Part shown: positions 28,433 to 37,321 of the stretch, in pieces
How positions within the stretch are numbered: the first letter of the stretch is position 1
How the letters are laid out: each line of letters begins with the position of its first letter
Virus record (IMG/VR): IMGVR_UViG_3300029873_000387
Strand: one strand, 5' to 3'
Source of the DNA: a virus
Taxonomy: Duplodnaviria > Heunggongvirae > Uroviricota > Caudoviricetes
DNA length: 64,000 nt
Position numbers and translations under genes: made by a program
Notes under the pieces: model-generated
The model's input: only the letters and a program-made list of their open reading frames with translations
What the model was told of the DNA's origin: nothing
Databases searched by the model: none

Positions 28433-29032
28433 TCAGTGCTCGTTAAATACCACCTGTTCTCCTGTGTGCAAAGACCAGCAGCCACCAGATGTGCAGGCAC
28501 ATTCCGTGCAGTTGCCGCCACATTCTTTTGCGTCTGACCTTGCCGTGGTCGTTCCGTCCTTATATCGAACATGAGCCTCCGGCAGTTGGAAGGGGTTGTC
28601 CATTCGGAGTCCTCTCCATGCGCTGAAAATCATATGTAGGTTTGCCGGTAACGGGATACCGGAAGCCAGAACTCCGTTGACGATTTCATACTTCTTTGTG
28701 AAGCATAGAATCTCACAATGAGAATTGCGCTTAGCAATCTCCATCATGATGTGGAAGTAGGTGGTATTTGGAATATCGCCAGAAACATGAAAGCGGAAGA
28801 ATCGAGACAACATGATTGTCGCCTCGACCTCCCGCCAATACACTTCTGGTTCTGTTTCTAAGATTTGCAGATTGTTCCGATAAGCTGCCGCCACACTGGG
28901 GCGACGACGCTCTATGCGTCTTGCGTAACACTTCCTGCTGCAATCACACTCCCGGCAGGTCAAACCGGAAGGAAGTGACACGCTCTGGATACTGCCGAGC
29001 TTTTCGTTTCCTCGGCTGATACTAACTTTCAA
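28433..29032 (-). CDS. Hypothetical Cys-rich protein
   Basis: 199-aa ORF with multiple Cys (CRECDCSRKCYA...CGGNCTECACTSGGC). Confidence 0.45.
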   Translation of the reverse strand: MKVSISRGNEKLGSIQSVSLPSGLTCRECDCSRKCYARRIERRRPSVAAAYRNNLQILETEPEVYWREVEATIMLSRFFRFHVSGDIPNTTYFHIMMEIAKRNSHCEILCFTKKYEIVNGVLASGIPLPANLHMIFSAWRGLRMDNPFQLPEAHVRYKDGTTTARSDAKECGGNCTECACTSGGCWSLHTGEQVVFNEH

Positions 29033-29128
29033 AAGTGAACCGCCCCCTTATGTCATCGAATCTTTTCTTTGGGCAGAATCCTCAAATTATGCCAAAGAAA
29101 AAGAGCCGAACAAGTCGGCTCTTGGGAA

Positions 29129-29611
29129 TTAGATATAAGCTACGCTCAAAGTTCCACGATGCTCACGGCGCAAAAGTGTCAGCAGTCTATCTGGGTCTGT
29201 ATTCGTCAAGAGTTTATACCACGCTGAATGAAAAAACTTTTCCAACTCTTTCTGCAGCGATTCGTTATTATCCTTTAGCGCGGTACGATAATCATCCGCA
29301 GCAACACAAACAATGGCGTTTGCCAAGCTCTGATATGGGTCTGCTCCATCGTGCTGCAAGCGCATCCTGCTTTCGGAAGAGTCCCATTCCTCACGGCTTG
29401 TCATGGCTGTTGCGCTCTTTGCGCCACGAGGGATACAACCACAGGATTTTGTCTTACCAGACTTGAGGTAGCGCCCCTCGGCGATATATGTATTGCCGCA
29501 CTTACATTCACAAAGCCACCGTGGCTGACGATTGTGATTGTTTTTGACACGGCGAATGACCTTCAGATTTCCAAAAGTCTCGCCTGTCAAGTCGATAGAT
29601 ACTCCGCTCAT
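29129..29611 (-). CDS. Hypothetical zinc-binding protein
   Basis: WLCECKCGNTYIAEGRYLKSGKTKSCGC, common in small phage proteins. Confidence 0.45.
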   Translation of the reverse strand: MSGVSIDLTGETFGNLKVIRRVKNNHNRQPRWLCECKCGNTYIAEGRYLKSGKTKSCGCIPRGAKSATAMTSREEWDSSESRMRLQHDGADPYQSLANAIVCVAADDYRTALKDNNESLQKELEKFFHSAWYKLLTNTDPDRLLTLLRREHRGTLSVAYI

Positions 29612-29641
29612 GGTTCACATCTCCTTTCGCAGATGTACGGG

Positions 29642-30727
29642 TCAATCCTTTTCTGCCAACAGGAAGTCAGGATTGATGACCTTGAAGCTGATGTTGCTTT
29701 TGACATTTCTCATGACAACGCCCTCGCGCTTCTGACCGTTACGAACCACAGAGTATCCTTTGGAATACTCCACCAGCTCTGCGATGGTATCCGGCAGCGT
29801 TTTGCCCTCTTCAACAATGGGAACGGAGCAAATGCCGTAAGGCGCCAGCAGCTCCTTGATTTCCGCAGTCGTGCATTTGCGGTCAGGGAAAATCAGGTTG
29901 AACGCAAACAATTCATAGCCGCTGATGTGGTACTTGTTGCCCTGAATCTGGTTGCCGCAAATCTCACCCTGTAAAACGATGGTTTCATAATCACCGATGA
30001 GCTGCCGCAGCACATTCTCAATATTGTACTTCTTGGCAACTGTCCAGTAGGAACTGTTGTCCGGTGTACCGAGATAGATATTGCGGCTGCACACGCCGAA
30101 CTCATACTTGCGTCTGGAAACCTTACGCAGATAGTAAGTCGCTGACTGACCGTCCATCTTCTCCGTAACAGAAAACTCTGTTCCCTTGTTACGCTCTGCC
30201 TCAAAGAGCGCAGTAAGATTCTGGATGCGAGTCTCATCGGTCTTAACAATCCAATCAGGGAAACCACCCTTGCGCTTGGACTTCATGAACAGCTTACGAT
30301 ACCACTTGAAGCGCATAAGGAATCGAACCAGTGCGCTTTTAGGTTTGGCGGGTTGCTTGGTCAGCAGCTGCGCCTCCTGCTGTGCTTCAGGGTCATATTT
30401 CTTGATACCCAAAACATCGGTCACATCGGCACCCAAATCGGCGGGAGCGCCATTCGGCAGAATGGACAGCGGGAGAACCAAGCCCTGACTGACCTGACCA
30501 CGAAGCTTAATGGTGCGAACACGGAACTTACGGTCACGCAAAAACTCAAACTCCGGTCTCTCTGGAACAATGGAATCAACTTCGATATAGACGATGTGTT
30601 CCCCAGTGTGGAACTCGCCCTTCTGGACAACGCACTCCCATCCGTCAACCTGAGCAACCTCGATGCGGTCTGCTCCTGCAATCGGACGGAGGGTTGTAAT
30701 CTCACGAATAGTAGCTAAGTGTCGCAT
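29642..30727 (-). CDS. ATP-dependent RNA ligase (Rnl family; DraRnl-like N-terminal domain + nucleotidyltransferase domain)
   Basis: N-terminus MRHLATIREITTLRPIAGADRIEVAQVDGWECVVQKGEFHTGEHIVYIEVDS. Lysine-adenylylation motif TEKMDGQSATYY (KxDG). Confidence 0.75.
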   Translation of the reverse strand: MRHLATIREITTLRPIAGADRIEVAQVDGWECVVQKGEFHTGEHIVYIEVDSIVPERPEFEFLRDRKFRVRTIKLRGQVSQGLVLPLSILPNGAPADLGADVTDVLGIKKYDPEAQQEAQLLTKQPAKPKSALVRFLMRFKWYRKLFMKSKRKGGFPDWIVKTDETRIQNLTALFEAERNKGTEFSVTEKMDGQSATYYLRKVSRRKYEFGVCSRNIYLGTPDNSSYWTVAKKYNIENVLRQLIGDYETIVLQGEICGNQIQGNKYHISGYELFAFNLIFPDRKCTTAEIKELLAPYGICSVPIVEEGKTLPDTIAELVEYSKGYSVVRNGQKREGVVMRNVKSNISFKVINPDFLLAEKD

Positions 30728-30743
30728 GAAACTTTCCTCCTAA

Positions 30744-31064
30744 TTAAAACAGGATGCAGTCTCGGACAATCCTCTTTTTTAAGAGTTCATCATCCAACGC
30801 ATCCCAGTGTTCTACTTGATACTTTTCAGTTACATCACCAGTGATGTCATAAAGCCGACCTTGTATCTGGGTAACAAAATGATTTTCCACCTGGTCATAC
30901 ATCAGTGTGCTGTCAGGGAAGCGGCAGTGCAGAATAACTGCAAACCAGTAGCAACAGCCGTTGGTAAATACCGTATCGACATCATCGGCCAGATGAAAAC
31001 GGGCAAGGAAATGCTCAATGGTTGAAACCATCGTTCTCAATTCTTTCGGATGACTCTCTTGCAT
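30744..31064 (-). CDS. Hypothetical protein
   Basis: 106-aa ORF. Confidence 0.4.
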   Translation of the reverse strand: MQESHPKELRTMVSTIEHFLARFHLADDVDTVFTNGCCYWFAVILHCRFPDSTLMYDQVENHFVTQIQGRLYDITGDVTEKYQVEHWDALDDELLKKRIVRDCILF

Positions 31065-31537
31065 TTCAATAAACTCCGTTCGATGTACTCGTCTATCAGA
31101 CGGCTCTGTGCTTTTGTTTGAGCATAAGCGGTGATGGAAATGGATTTCCGGCTCCAGTCCAATGTGTAGCTATCGGTGGCAACATTGGTAATATGATTTT
31201 CAGCCAGAAAATCACGGAACTCTTTCATCGCTTCCTTGTCATCCGACAAGATGACATTCACATAGGTTCTGTCTTTTGAGAATCGATTACTGAGGGCAAC
31301 GGCAAGACAGCACCCAACGCCGCTTGCTATGGAAACTATCACAAGGGCGAGTATGCTGTCGCTGGTCACGATGTCTTTTGTGATACTCAGGTAAATGAAG
31401 TTTGACAGACCGAGAGCGACACCGGCAAGCAGGCAACGGTTGCGCTGAACAAGAATTGTCTTTGCTGTATTGAGCGTATTGTCCAGAACCTTTGCCAGAA
31501 ACAAAATGAACATATAAAAAGCGGTCGTCAAACTCAT
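31037..31537 (-). CDS. Integral membrane protein
   Basis: 166 aa with several hydrophobic helices in the N-terminal half and a soluble C-terminal domain. Confidence 0.5.
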   Translation of the reverse strand: MSLTTAFYMFILFLAKVLDNTLNTAKTILVQRNRCLLAGVALGLSNFIYLSITKDIVTSDSILALVIVSIASGVGCCLAVALSNRFSKDRTYVNVILSDDKEAMKEFRDFLAENHITNVATDSYTLDWSRKSISITAYAQTKAQSRLIDEYIERSLLKCKRVIRKN

Positions 31538-31553
31538 TCCTCCTTAGTGTTTA

Positions 31554-32441
31554 TTAGGGTTCGATGCTGATAATGGAACTGGAACCGGTCACAGTAGGCA
31601 GTTCGCCGTTCCACTGCTCATACTTGATTTTTTCAATCAACTCACCGGTCAAAGAACCGGCAATCATACGGTTTGCCTCAGCCTCGGCCTCGGCTGCAAT
31701 ACGCAGAGCTTCTGCCTTTGCCTCCGCTTCGATAACCGCTTTTTCTGCGTTAATCTGGGCAACCTCTCTGTCCTTTTCTGCCTGAATCTTTGCGGTCTGC
31801 TTCTCAATATTCGCCAGCTCCAGCTCCTGCTGGGCGGTAACCTTTTTCTGGATAGCGGCAGCAGTCTCCTCATCGACGGAAATATCGGTGAAGTTCACCG
31901 TGTCGATGATAATGCCATACTGGTCGAACTTCTCACGCAGATAGGTGTCCAACTCGGCATTGATTTCGGTACGCTTGTCGCCGAAGATGTCAGTGACGGG
32001 ATAGTTGGCAGACACCTCCTGTGTCCACGCAATGACCTTGGGTTTGATGAACGAATCCTTGATTGCCTCGCCTGACTTTCCTTTGAACATAGCAAAGGTT
32101 TCGGAGACACGCGCCTCATCAAAACGATATGAGAACTCGATATTCACACGGACTGTCTTGCCATCTGAGGTGGGAATGTTAAAACTCTCATCCTTGGGCG
32201 AATCGCCCTTATCCTCAGCGGTCAAATAAGATTGCTCAATACCGATAGAATACTGGGTCACCTTCTTGGTCGGGGCAACCAGATGCCAGCCCTGTGTCAG
32301 AACCTCGCCATCAACGCCGCCGTTCATGTTGTACACGACGCCGACATAACCGGCGGGGATTTTCTCAAGACACACAATGCAGGCAATCAGGCAGAAGACC
32401 ATCACGATACCCAAAATAATTGCGCCGATTTTACCCTTCAT
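31554..32441 (-). CDS. SPFH/band-7 (HflK/C, prohibitin-like) membrane protein
   Basis: N-terminal TM segment followed by a band-7 core (GYVGVVYN...) and a long Ala/Glu-rich coiled coil. Confidence 0.8.
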   Translation of the reverse strand: MKGKIGAIILGIVMVFCLIACIVCLEKIPAGYVGVVYNMNGGVDGEVLTQGWHLVAPTKKVTQYSIGIEQSYLTAEDKGDSPKDESFNIPTSDGKTVRVNIEFSYRFDEARVSETFAMFKGKSGEAIKDSFIKPKVIAWTQEVSANYPVTDIFGDKRTEINAELDTYLREKFDQYGIIIDTVNFTDISVDEETAAAIQKKVTAQQELELANIEKQTAKIQAEKDREVAQINAEKAVIEAEAKAEALRIAAEAEAEANRMIAGSLTGELIEKIKYEQWNGELPTVTGSSSIISIEP

Positions 32442-32613
32442 CCTTTAACTCCTCTGTTGTTTTTTCAGATTTCTCTTCCGATTCCTCGGAGATTTCCTTT
32501 TTCGCATCGTTGTAAATTCGCAGGCTGAATGCACCAATGCCCTTAAAGGCAAAGCTCAGACAGAACCATAACAGCACAAGCGCAACGATGACGATGAGCC
32601 AGAACACGATGTT
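32431..32613 (-). CDS. Small membrane protein (NfeD-like partner of the SPFH protein)
   Basis: GTG start with a GGAGG RBS. VNIVFWLIVIVALVLLWF is a TM segment. The GTGA start-stop overlaps the upstream gene. Confidence 0.4.
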   Translation of the reverse strand, partial: NIVFWLIVIVALVLLWFCLSFAFKGIGAFSLRIYNDAKKEISEESEEKSEKTTEELKDEG

Positions 32614-33011
32614 CACTTGCTTACCTCCTGTTCTAAAACTCGTGGTATGTATGTGCGGGTTTCCATGCACTTCTCGACCTTTCTGGTCTTTCCCAGTGCC
32701 TCGCGCATCAAGTTCAAAAGGTTTTTGCCTTTGTCGCTTTCCAAGAACTGAACGAGCGGTTCAAGTATTTCTACCGTGTCTTTGTATTCACGGCGTGCCT
32801 GCCTGCATTTGGCAAGACTTGTGGCAACCTTTGCCCGTTCCTTATAATCGAGGCCATCAAGCTCCAGTTTGTGGAGGTAGTCCTGCGTAAGCCTGTCCAT
32901 GCGGTTGACCTCGCTATAATTCCACGCATAATCTTTCTGCGCATCCTCCATCATCCGGCAGAATGCCCCGATGGATTCGGAGAACTGCGGTGGCTTTGAT
33001 TGTTTTTTCAT
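32613..33011 (-). CDS. Hypothetical protein
   Basis: Start chosen at MKKQSKPPQF. The ORF track begins at 33116, overlapping the ligase gene. Confidence 0.4.
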   Translation of the reverse strand: MKKQSKPPQFSESIGAFCRMMEDAQKDYAWNYSEVNRMDRLTQDYLHKLELDGLDYKERAKVATSLAKCRQARREYKDTVEILEPLVQFLESDKGKNLLNLMREALGKTRKVEKCMETRTYIPRVLEQEVSK

Positions 33012-33030
33012 GCAAGACCTCCTCTCTGAT

Positions 33031-34323
33031 TTATCCGAAGCTGACCTCGGTTTTATCGGTTCGGATAGAAATAAACACCGGGAACTGAAGACTCTCAGCA
33101 CCGGTGTTTTTATCACTGGATATTTCCTTGTACTTTACTTCGCAAAGCAAACCCGGCAGGTCATCTTTTCCTTGCCAAAATGTTGCTCGCTGCTCGTCGG
33201 TGAACCCGGAGCCGACCTTGACTTCATTCCCCTTATAGTCGAGTACAAGCGCACCTAAAGTCCCTGCCAATCTTCCGCTACCTTCTTCGCAGCGGAGGAT
33301 ACGCAAGTCCATCGTGTAAAAGCGTTTGACTTTCAGGATTCCATTGTGTCGTCTGCACTGGTAGGGAACATCAAGGTTTACCATCAGTCCCTCTTTATCC
33401 TCACGAACCATCTGTTCCAACAGTTCACTGATTTTGCTCTGGTCTTTTCCATGATACAGAACCGGCAGGATACTGACACGGCCATCCTGCGGAATGAAGC
33501 GGTGAAGCTGGTCTAAGAAAGCACGACGATAGCCATAGCAGCCATCGCTCTGCCCCCGGTGGAACTCTTCAACCGTCAGAACATCAAAAATCGTGTAGCA
33601 AATCACCGTTTTATCACCATCGTCTGAGTTGATAATACCGGTAGCTTTGCGGAACGCCTCGTTATCTGAGAGACTGCCCTTCTCACGAAGAGTCAGCTCG
33701 CCGTCAAATACATAGCTATCTTCTTCATCAAAACAGAGAGCATCCAGAATATGGTCAAGTCCTTCATAGGGGACTCCACTTCTTGCGTACAGCCTGCCTT
33801 TGTAATAGGTCGCCCGGACACCGTTCAGCTTTTGTGTTAGCCAGAACTCCGTGCCCTCCTTCAAAGGATACTTATCAATGGGGTACGCCTGCTGAACTTC
33901 CCATTCTGGAATCAGATTGGGGATAACCTTGTTCACGGTCTTTGCCGTGACGCCCAGCCTGAGTGTCTTGGAAAGAAGCTTGATATAAACATCAGCTTCA
34001 TCCGGCGGGCTGCTCTGAACGAATGCACAAACCTGATACACCGTACCGGCGTCCAATGCTTTTCTTTTAGACAACAGTTCGCAGACAGAAAAGATGTCTG
34101 TCATTGTCAGTGTGATGGCTGAGTCATACCGGGTAGGAGAGCGAAGCGTTTGCTCCGAAATCTTATAGGTGAGCATCGGGTTGAGCGCGTAATATAAAAA
34201 ATTACGGAAGTTCGCATCGTCTTGGAACTCCCGTAATAGCTGGGTCTTTCTTATCGAGCCGTTCGCTTCCTGCAAACGGCGTAATTTTACGATAGAATCT
34301 GACAGCGGCGTTGCAGCAATCAA
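33031..34323 (-). CDS. ATP-dependent DNA ligase (nucleotidyltransferase superfamily)
   Basis: Motif I KLNGVRATY (KxDGxR variant), motif III FDGELTL, motif IV EGLMVN, motif V LKVKRF. Confidence 0.7.
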   Translation of the reverse strand: MIAATPLSDSIVKLRRLQEANGSIRKTQLLREFQDDANFRNFLYYALNPMLTYKISEQTLRSPTRYDSAITLTMTDIFSVCELLSKRKALDAGTVYQVCAFVQSSPPDEADVYIKLLSKTLRLGVTAKTVNKVIPNLIPEWEVQQAYPIDKYPLKEGTEFWLTQKLNGVRATYYKGRLYARSGVPYEGLDHILDALCFDEEDSYVFDGELTLREKGSLSDNEAFRKATGIINSDDGDKTVICYTIFDVLTVEEFHRGQSDGCYGYRRAFLDQLHRFIPQDGRVSILPVLYHGKDQSKISELLEQMVREDKEGLMVNLDVPYQCRRHNGILKVKRFYTMDLRILRCEEGSGRLAGTLGALVLDYKGNEVKVGSGFTDEQRATFWQGKDDLPGLLCEVKYKEISSDKNTGAESLQFPVFISIRTDKTEVSFG

Positions 34324-35525
34324 TCTTCATCACCCGCCTTGAAATTATAAATGGGCTTGATAATGGCATCGACGGTTACAGCTGGCTCGATATTACCGAC
34401 AATATCATCCATGCCCTTATAGGCCATCGGGCATTCATCCAGCGTACTGCGCCCAACGGAGGTCGTGTAGATACCCGCCATCTGCTTTTTGAATTCGGAT
34501 ACAGTGAAAGCTTCTTTTGCAGCGCTGCGGCTCATCAGCCGACCGGCACCATGAGGAGCGGAGAAGTTCCAATCCGGATTGCCCTTGCCAGTGCAAAGCA
34601 GGCTGCCATCACGCATATTGATGGGAATCAACAGACGCTCACCGGTTTGTGCAGACACAGAACCCTTACGCAAAATCATGTTATCCACATCAATGTAGTT
34701 GTGAATCGTTGTAAATTGCTCAATCACATGGAATCCCATTCCTTTGACAATGGTATCCATCATCGCCTGACGGTTCAGCCCAGCAAAACGCTGTGCAATT
34801 TTCATATCATGAAGATACTGTTCAAAGAGCTCACCCTCCACATATGCAAGCGATTTGGGAACGGGTGAATGCTTAGATTTCATGGACTTCAGCACTGCTT
34901 GAATCTCTTTCTGGCGGCCATCCGCTTTCAGCTGTTCAATAGCCGCCTCAACCTCTTCATGGCTATAAGAGGTCAGCGCCTTGAAAGCAGCCTCCTGATA
35001 GAAGTTGGCGATTTCTAAACCCAGATGACGGCTGCCGGAGTGGACAACGATATAGATATTCCCATCATCGTCCTTGTTCGCCTCAATAAAATGATTGCCG
35101 CCACCCAATGTACCGATACTGTGATAGGCACGGTCAGTGTTGACCTTTTTTGTGCAGCACAACTGCGACAAATCGATTTCTTTTGCGTAACGATGCGGTG
35201 CGGAACGGATTGCAAAGCCAGACGGAATGCCTTCACGGATAACCTTATCCAACTTCTGCGGTTCGATGTGGGTCTCTTTCAGGCGGATGGTTTCCATACC
35301 GCATCCAATATCAACGCCAACAAGGTTTGGGCAAATCTTATCCTTGATAGTCATGGTGGTTCCGATGGTGCATCCAGCGCCGGCATGAATATCCGGCATC
35401 ATACGAACCTTGCTTCCCTCGACATAGGGTTGGTTCAAGAGATTGATTACCTGAGAAATGGATTCGCTATCGACCACATCGGTAAACACTTTTGCCGAAG
35501 CGTATTTCCCCTGAAGCTCAAGCAT
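34320..35525 (-). CDS. rtcB: RtcB RNA-splicing ligase (3'-phosphate/5'-OH)
   Basis: PDIHAGAGCTIGTT, VDIGCGME and NHAGAGRLMSRS are RtcB metal/GMP-site motifs. Confidence 0.9.
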   Translation of the reverse strand: MLELQGKYASAKVFTDVVDSESISQVINLLNQPYVEGSKVRMMPDIHAGAGCTIGTTMTIKDKICPNLVGVDIGCGMETIRLKETHIEPQKLDKVIREGIPSGFAIRSAPHRYAKEIDLSQLCCTKKVNTDRAYHSIGTLGGGNHFIEANKDDDGNIYIVVHSGSRHLGLEIANFYQEAAFKALTSYSHEEVEAAIEQLKADGRQKEIQAVLKSMKSKHSPVPKSLAYVEGELFEQYLHDMKIAQRFAGLNRQAMMDTIVKGMGFHVIEQFTTIHNYIDVDNMILRKGSVSAQTGERLLIPINMRDGSLLCTGKGNPDWNFSAPHGAGRLMSRSAAKEAFTVSEFKKQMAGIYTTSVGRSTLDECPMAYKGMDDIVGNIEPAVTVDAIIKPIYNFKAGDED

Positions 35526-35572
35526 TTTATCGCCCTCCTTTGGCTTGGTATATAGTCCTGTTATAGCACAGG

Positions 35573-35596
35573 TAAAAGGGGCTTGCGCCCCTTTAT
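35573..35596 (-). terminator. Rho-independent terminator
   Basis: AGGGGCgcaaGCCCCT followed by TTTTACC on the minus strand, downstream of 35876..36415. Confidence 0.55.
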
Positions 35597-35875
35597 CTGT
35601 ACCTGACCGCTTTCCGCAGGGGAGCGCGTTTGTACTGTGGCGCGACCCTGTGCATCAAGTGACATTTTTAACGAGAGATTTTGGCTGTATTAAAATGATT
35701 ATCCGCTGGATAATCTTTTTAATACTGGCTAAATCCGAAGTTAAAAAATGAAGAACGCAAAGTATTTCTTCTGCTTTGAGCGAGAAGATACCGCACAGAG
35801 AAGGGGTATGTATGTGCGGAAAAACTACAAAGCGGTCATATCAAAAGCGAAAGATTTTTTCGCTTAAGAACAAAG

Positions 35876-36415
35876 TTAGTGAAGAATCATCGGTCGATTG
35901 GTGTTAATGAGTTGATTCAATGCCTCGTCTTCTCTTGCTCGTTCAGCGGCTTCCTCTCGGCGGATATCCAGAAGAACAACGCCGCAGAAACCCATCAGTT
36001 CACCGATGGAAAAATCTTCTTCCTCCACAGGAGGCTCATCCGGTTCAGAATCTTCTTCATTAAACATGGTGTCGGTATCGAAATCGTCCTCGTCATCAGG
36101 CTCATCTTCCCAAACACCGTTGTTGTCGCCCCACTCCAGGACATCCTCCTTATAACTGTCAAAGTCATTTTCGTCCATACCGTCATAGTCGAAGCTGCCG
36201 TTCATACGGTAGTAACCATATCCGGTTGGGATTTCGGAAAGCGAGTCTCGAATGTCTCTCCATGAGTAATTGGTGTCGCGGATATCTTCCTCGACATACT
36301 CGTCAAGCTGGTCAGAGTCGATAATGTCTTCGCAGATATTGCAGCCCTCGTCGGAGCAGAAATCAAGCAACTCCCACCATTCGGTTACATCGTTAAGGAA
36401 ATCATTTCTTGTCAT
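35876..36415 (-). CDS. Highly acidic protein
   Basis: 179 aa with extreme Asp/Glu content (...EDEPDDEDDFDTDTMFNEEDSEPDEPPVEEED...). Confidence 0.55.
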   Translation of the reverse strand: MTRNDFLNDVTEWWELLDFCSDEGCNICEDIIDSDQLDEYVEEDIRDTNYSWRDIRDSLSEIPTGYGYYRMNGSFDYDGMDENDFDSYKEDVLEWGDNNGVWEDEPDDEDDFDTDTMFNEEDSEPDEPPVEEEDFSIGELMGFCGVVLLDIRREEAAERAREDEALNQLINTNRPMILH

Positions 36416-36900
36416 ACTGCATCCTCTCTTTCTACCATTTCGGTATCAATCAATGTTAATTTGGATAGCGCCTTTTCTGTCAAAAACGCATACTGCAATC
36501 CAAGATTAGTGCTGGTGAGGTCGTGCTTCATTATTGACATGACCTCTGCTATGGACATACTTGCCCGTCTAAATTTAGAGAACTTACTTTTGAGGTTTGC
36601 TCCGCCGCCAGCCATATTACCAATAACCAAATCATACTCAGTGGAAGTATAGCCCAGCCGAGATGCTACAGCAAACCGCAGCCATGCTTCGGAGTAGCCC
36701 GCAAACTCTAACACCGATAGACCACCCAAATCCTTTACGGTATATGTCTGGATGAAACCTGCGGTTGAGTGCTTGATTGCCATCGGTAATGCGTCAAAAT
36801 AGTTTGGGGTAAGATAAAAGCCGCACCCGAAATCGCGGTACGGCTTGCAAAAAGATAAGGACGGTACAGTAAATGAAACTGGCGTGCCATGATACAGATA
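36412..36900 (-). CDS. Hypothetical protein (possible DUF3990-like family)
   Basis: Start set at MYLYHGTPVSF...DFGCGFYLT. The ORF-track N-terminus (EHRFCTPRVAGSSP) is the back-translation of the tRNA-Thr T-arm and was trimmed. Confidence 0.45.
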   Translation of the reverse strand, partial: YLYHGTPVSFTVPSLSFCKPYRDFGCGFYLTPNYFDALPMAIKHSTAGFIQTYTVKDLGGLSVLEFAGYSEAWLRFAVASRLGYTSTEYDLVIGNMAGGGANLKSKFSKFRRASMSIAEVMSIMKHDLTSTNLGLQYAFLTEKALSKLTLIDTEMVEREDAV

Positions 36901-36926
36901 CATTACCAACCCTCCCATATGTTTTG

Positions 36927-37002
36927 TGGAGCTGGTGACAGGGCTCGAACCCGCGACCCTCGGAGTACAAAACCGATGCTCTACCAACTGAGCTACACCA
37001 GC
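36927..37002 (-). tRNA. tRNA-Thr (anticodon UGU)
   Basis: Cloverleaf GCTGGTG-TAGCTCAGTTGGTAGAGC-A-TCGGT-TTTGTAC-TCCGA-GGGTC-GCGGG-TTCGAGC-CCTGT-CACCAGC-T-CCA. CCA is encoded. Confidence 0.85.
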
Positions 37003-37005
37003 AAA

Positions 37006-37081
37006 TGGAGCTGGAACTCGGAATCGAACCGAGAACCTACGCTGTACGAGAGCGTTGCTCTACCAGTTGAGCTATTCCAGC
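37006..37081 (-). tRNA. tRNA-Thr (anticodon CGU)
   Basis: GCTGGAA-TAGCTCAACTGGTAGAGC-A-ACGCT-CTCGTAC-AGCGT-...-GGTTCGATTCC-...-TTCCAGC-T-CCA. Confidence 0.85.
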
Positions 37082-37270
37082 ATTGGTCGGCTTCCCGCTT
37101 AGATTGTCACACGCTCATGTGCGGCTGGCGCCCCGCAAGCATACCAACCGGCCACTCTTGGGCTAAATCACAAGGGAGACGCATCTCCTCGCGCAGTTTT
37201 CAGCGGGCATTGTTATTCTCTGTGAGGTAAGCCGATAATCTCTCACATCATCTGGGCGCTACCCAGCCTC

Positions 37271-37321
37271 TGGCACGGACGGTTGGGAATCGAACCCACC
37301 ACAAGCGATTTTGGAGACCGC
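37271..37321 (-). ncRNA. tRNA-like 3' fragment (anticodon arm with CCA anticodon + TTCGATT T-loop + CCA end) lacking a pairing 5' half
   Basis: Minus-strand RNA GGCGAG-GCGGT-CTCCAAA-ATCGC-...-GTGGG-TTCGATT-CCCAA-CCGTCCG-TGCCA. No upstream sequence was found that pairs with the acceptor 3' strand. Confidence 0.3.

Noticed and set aside
36900-36987. N-terminal extension of ORF 36412..36987, and ORF 49678..49890 (both contain ...QRVAGSSP / ...PRVAGSSP)
   Set aside because: These peptide stretches are translations of tRNA T-arms (tRNA-Thr and tRNA-Ala) on the same strand. The ORFs were trimmed or discarded in favour of the tRNA genes.
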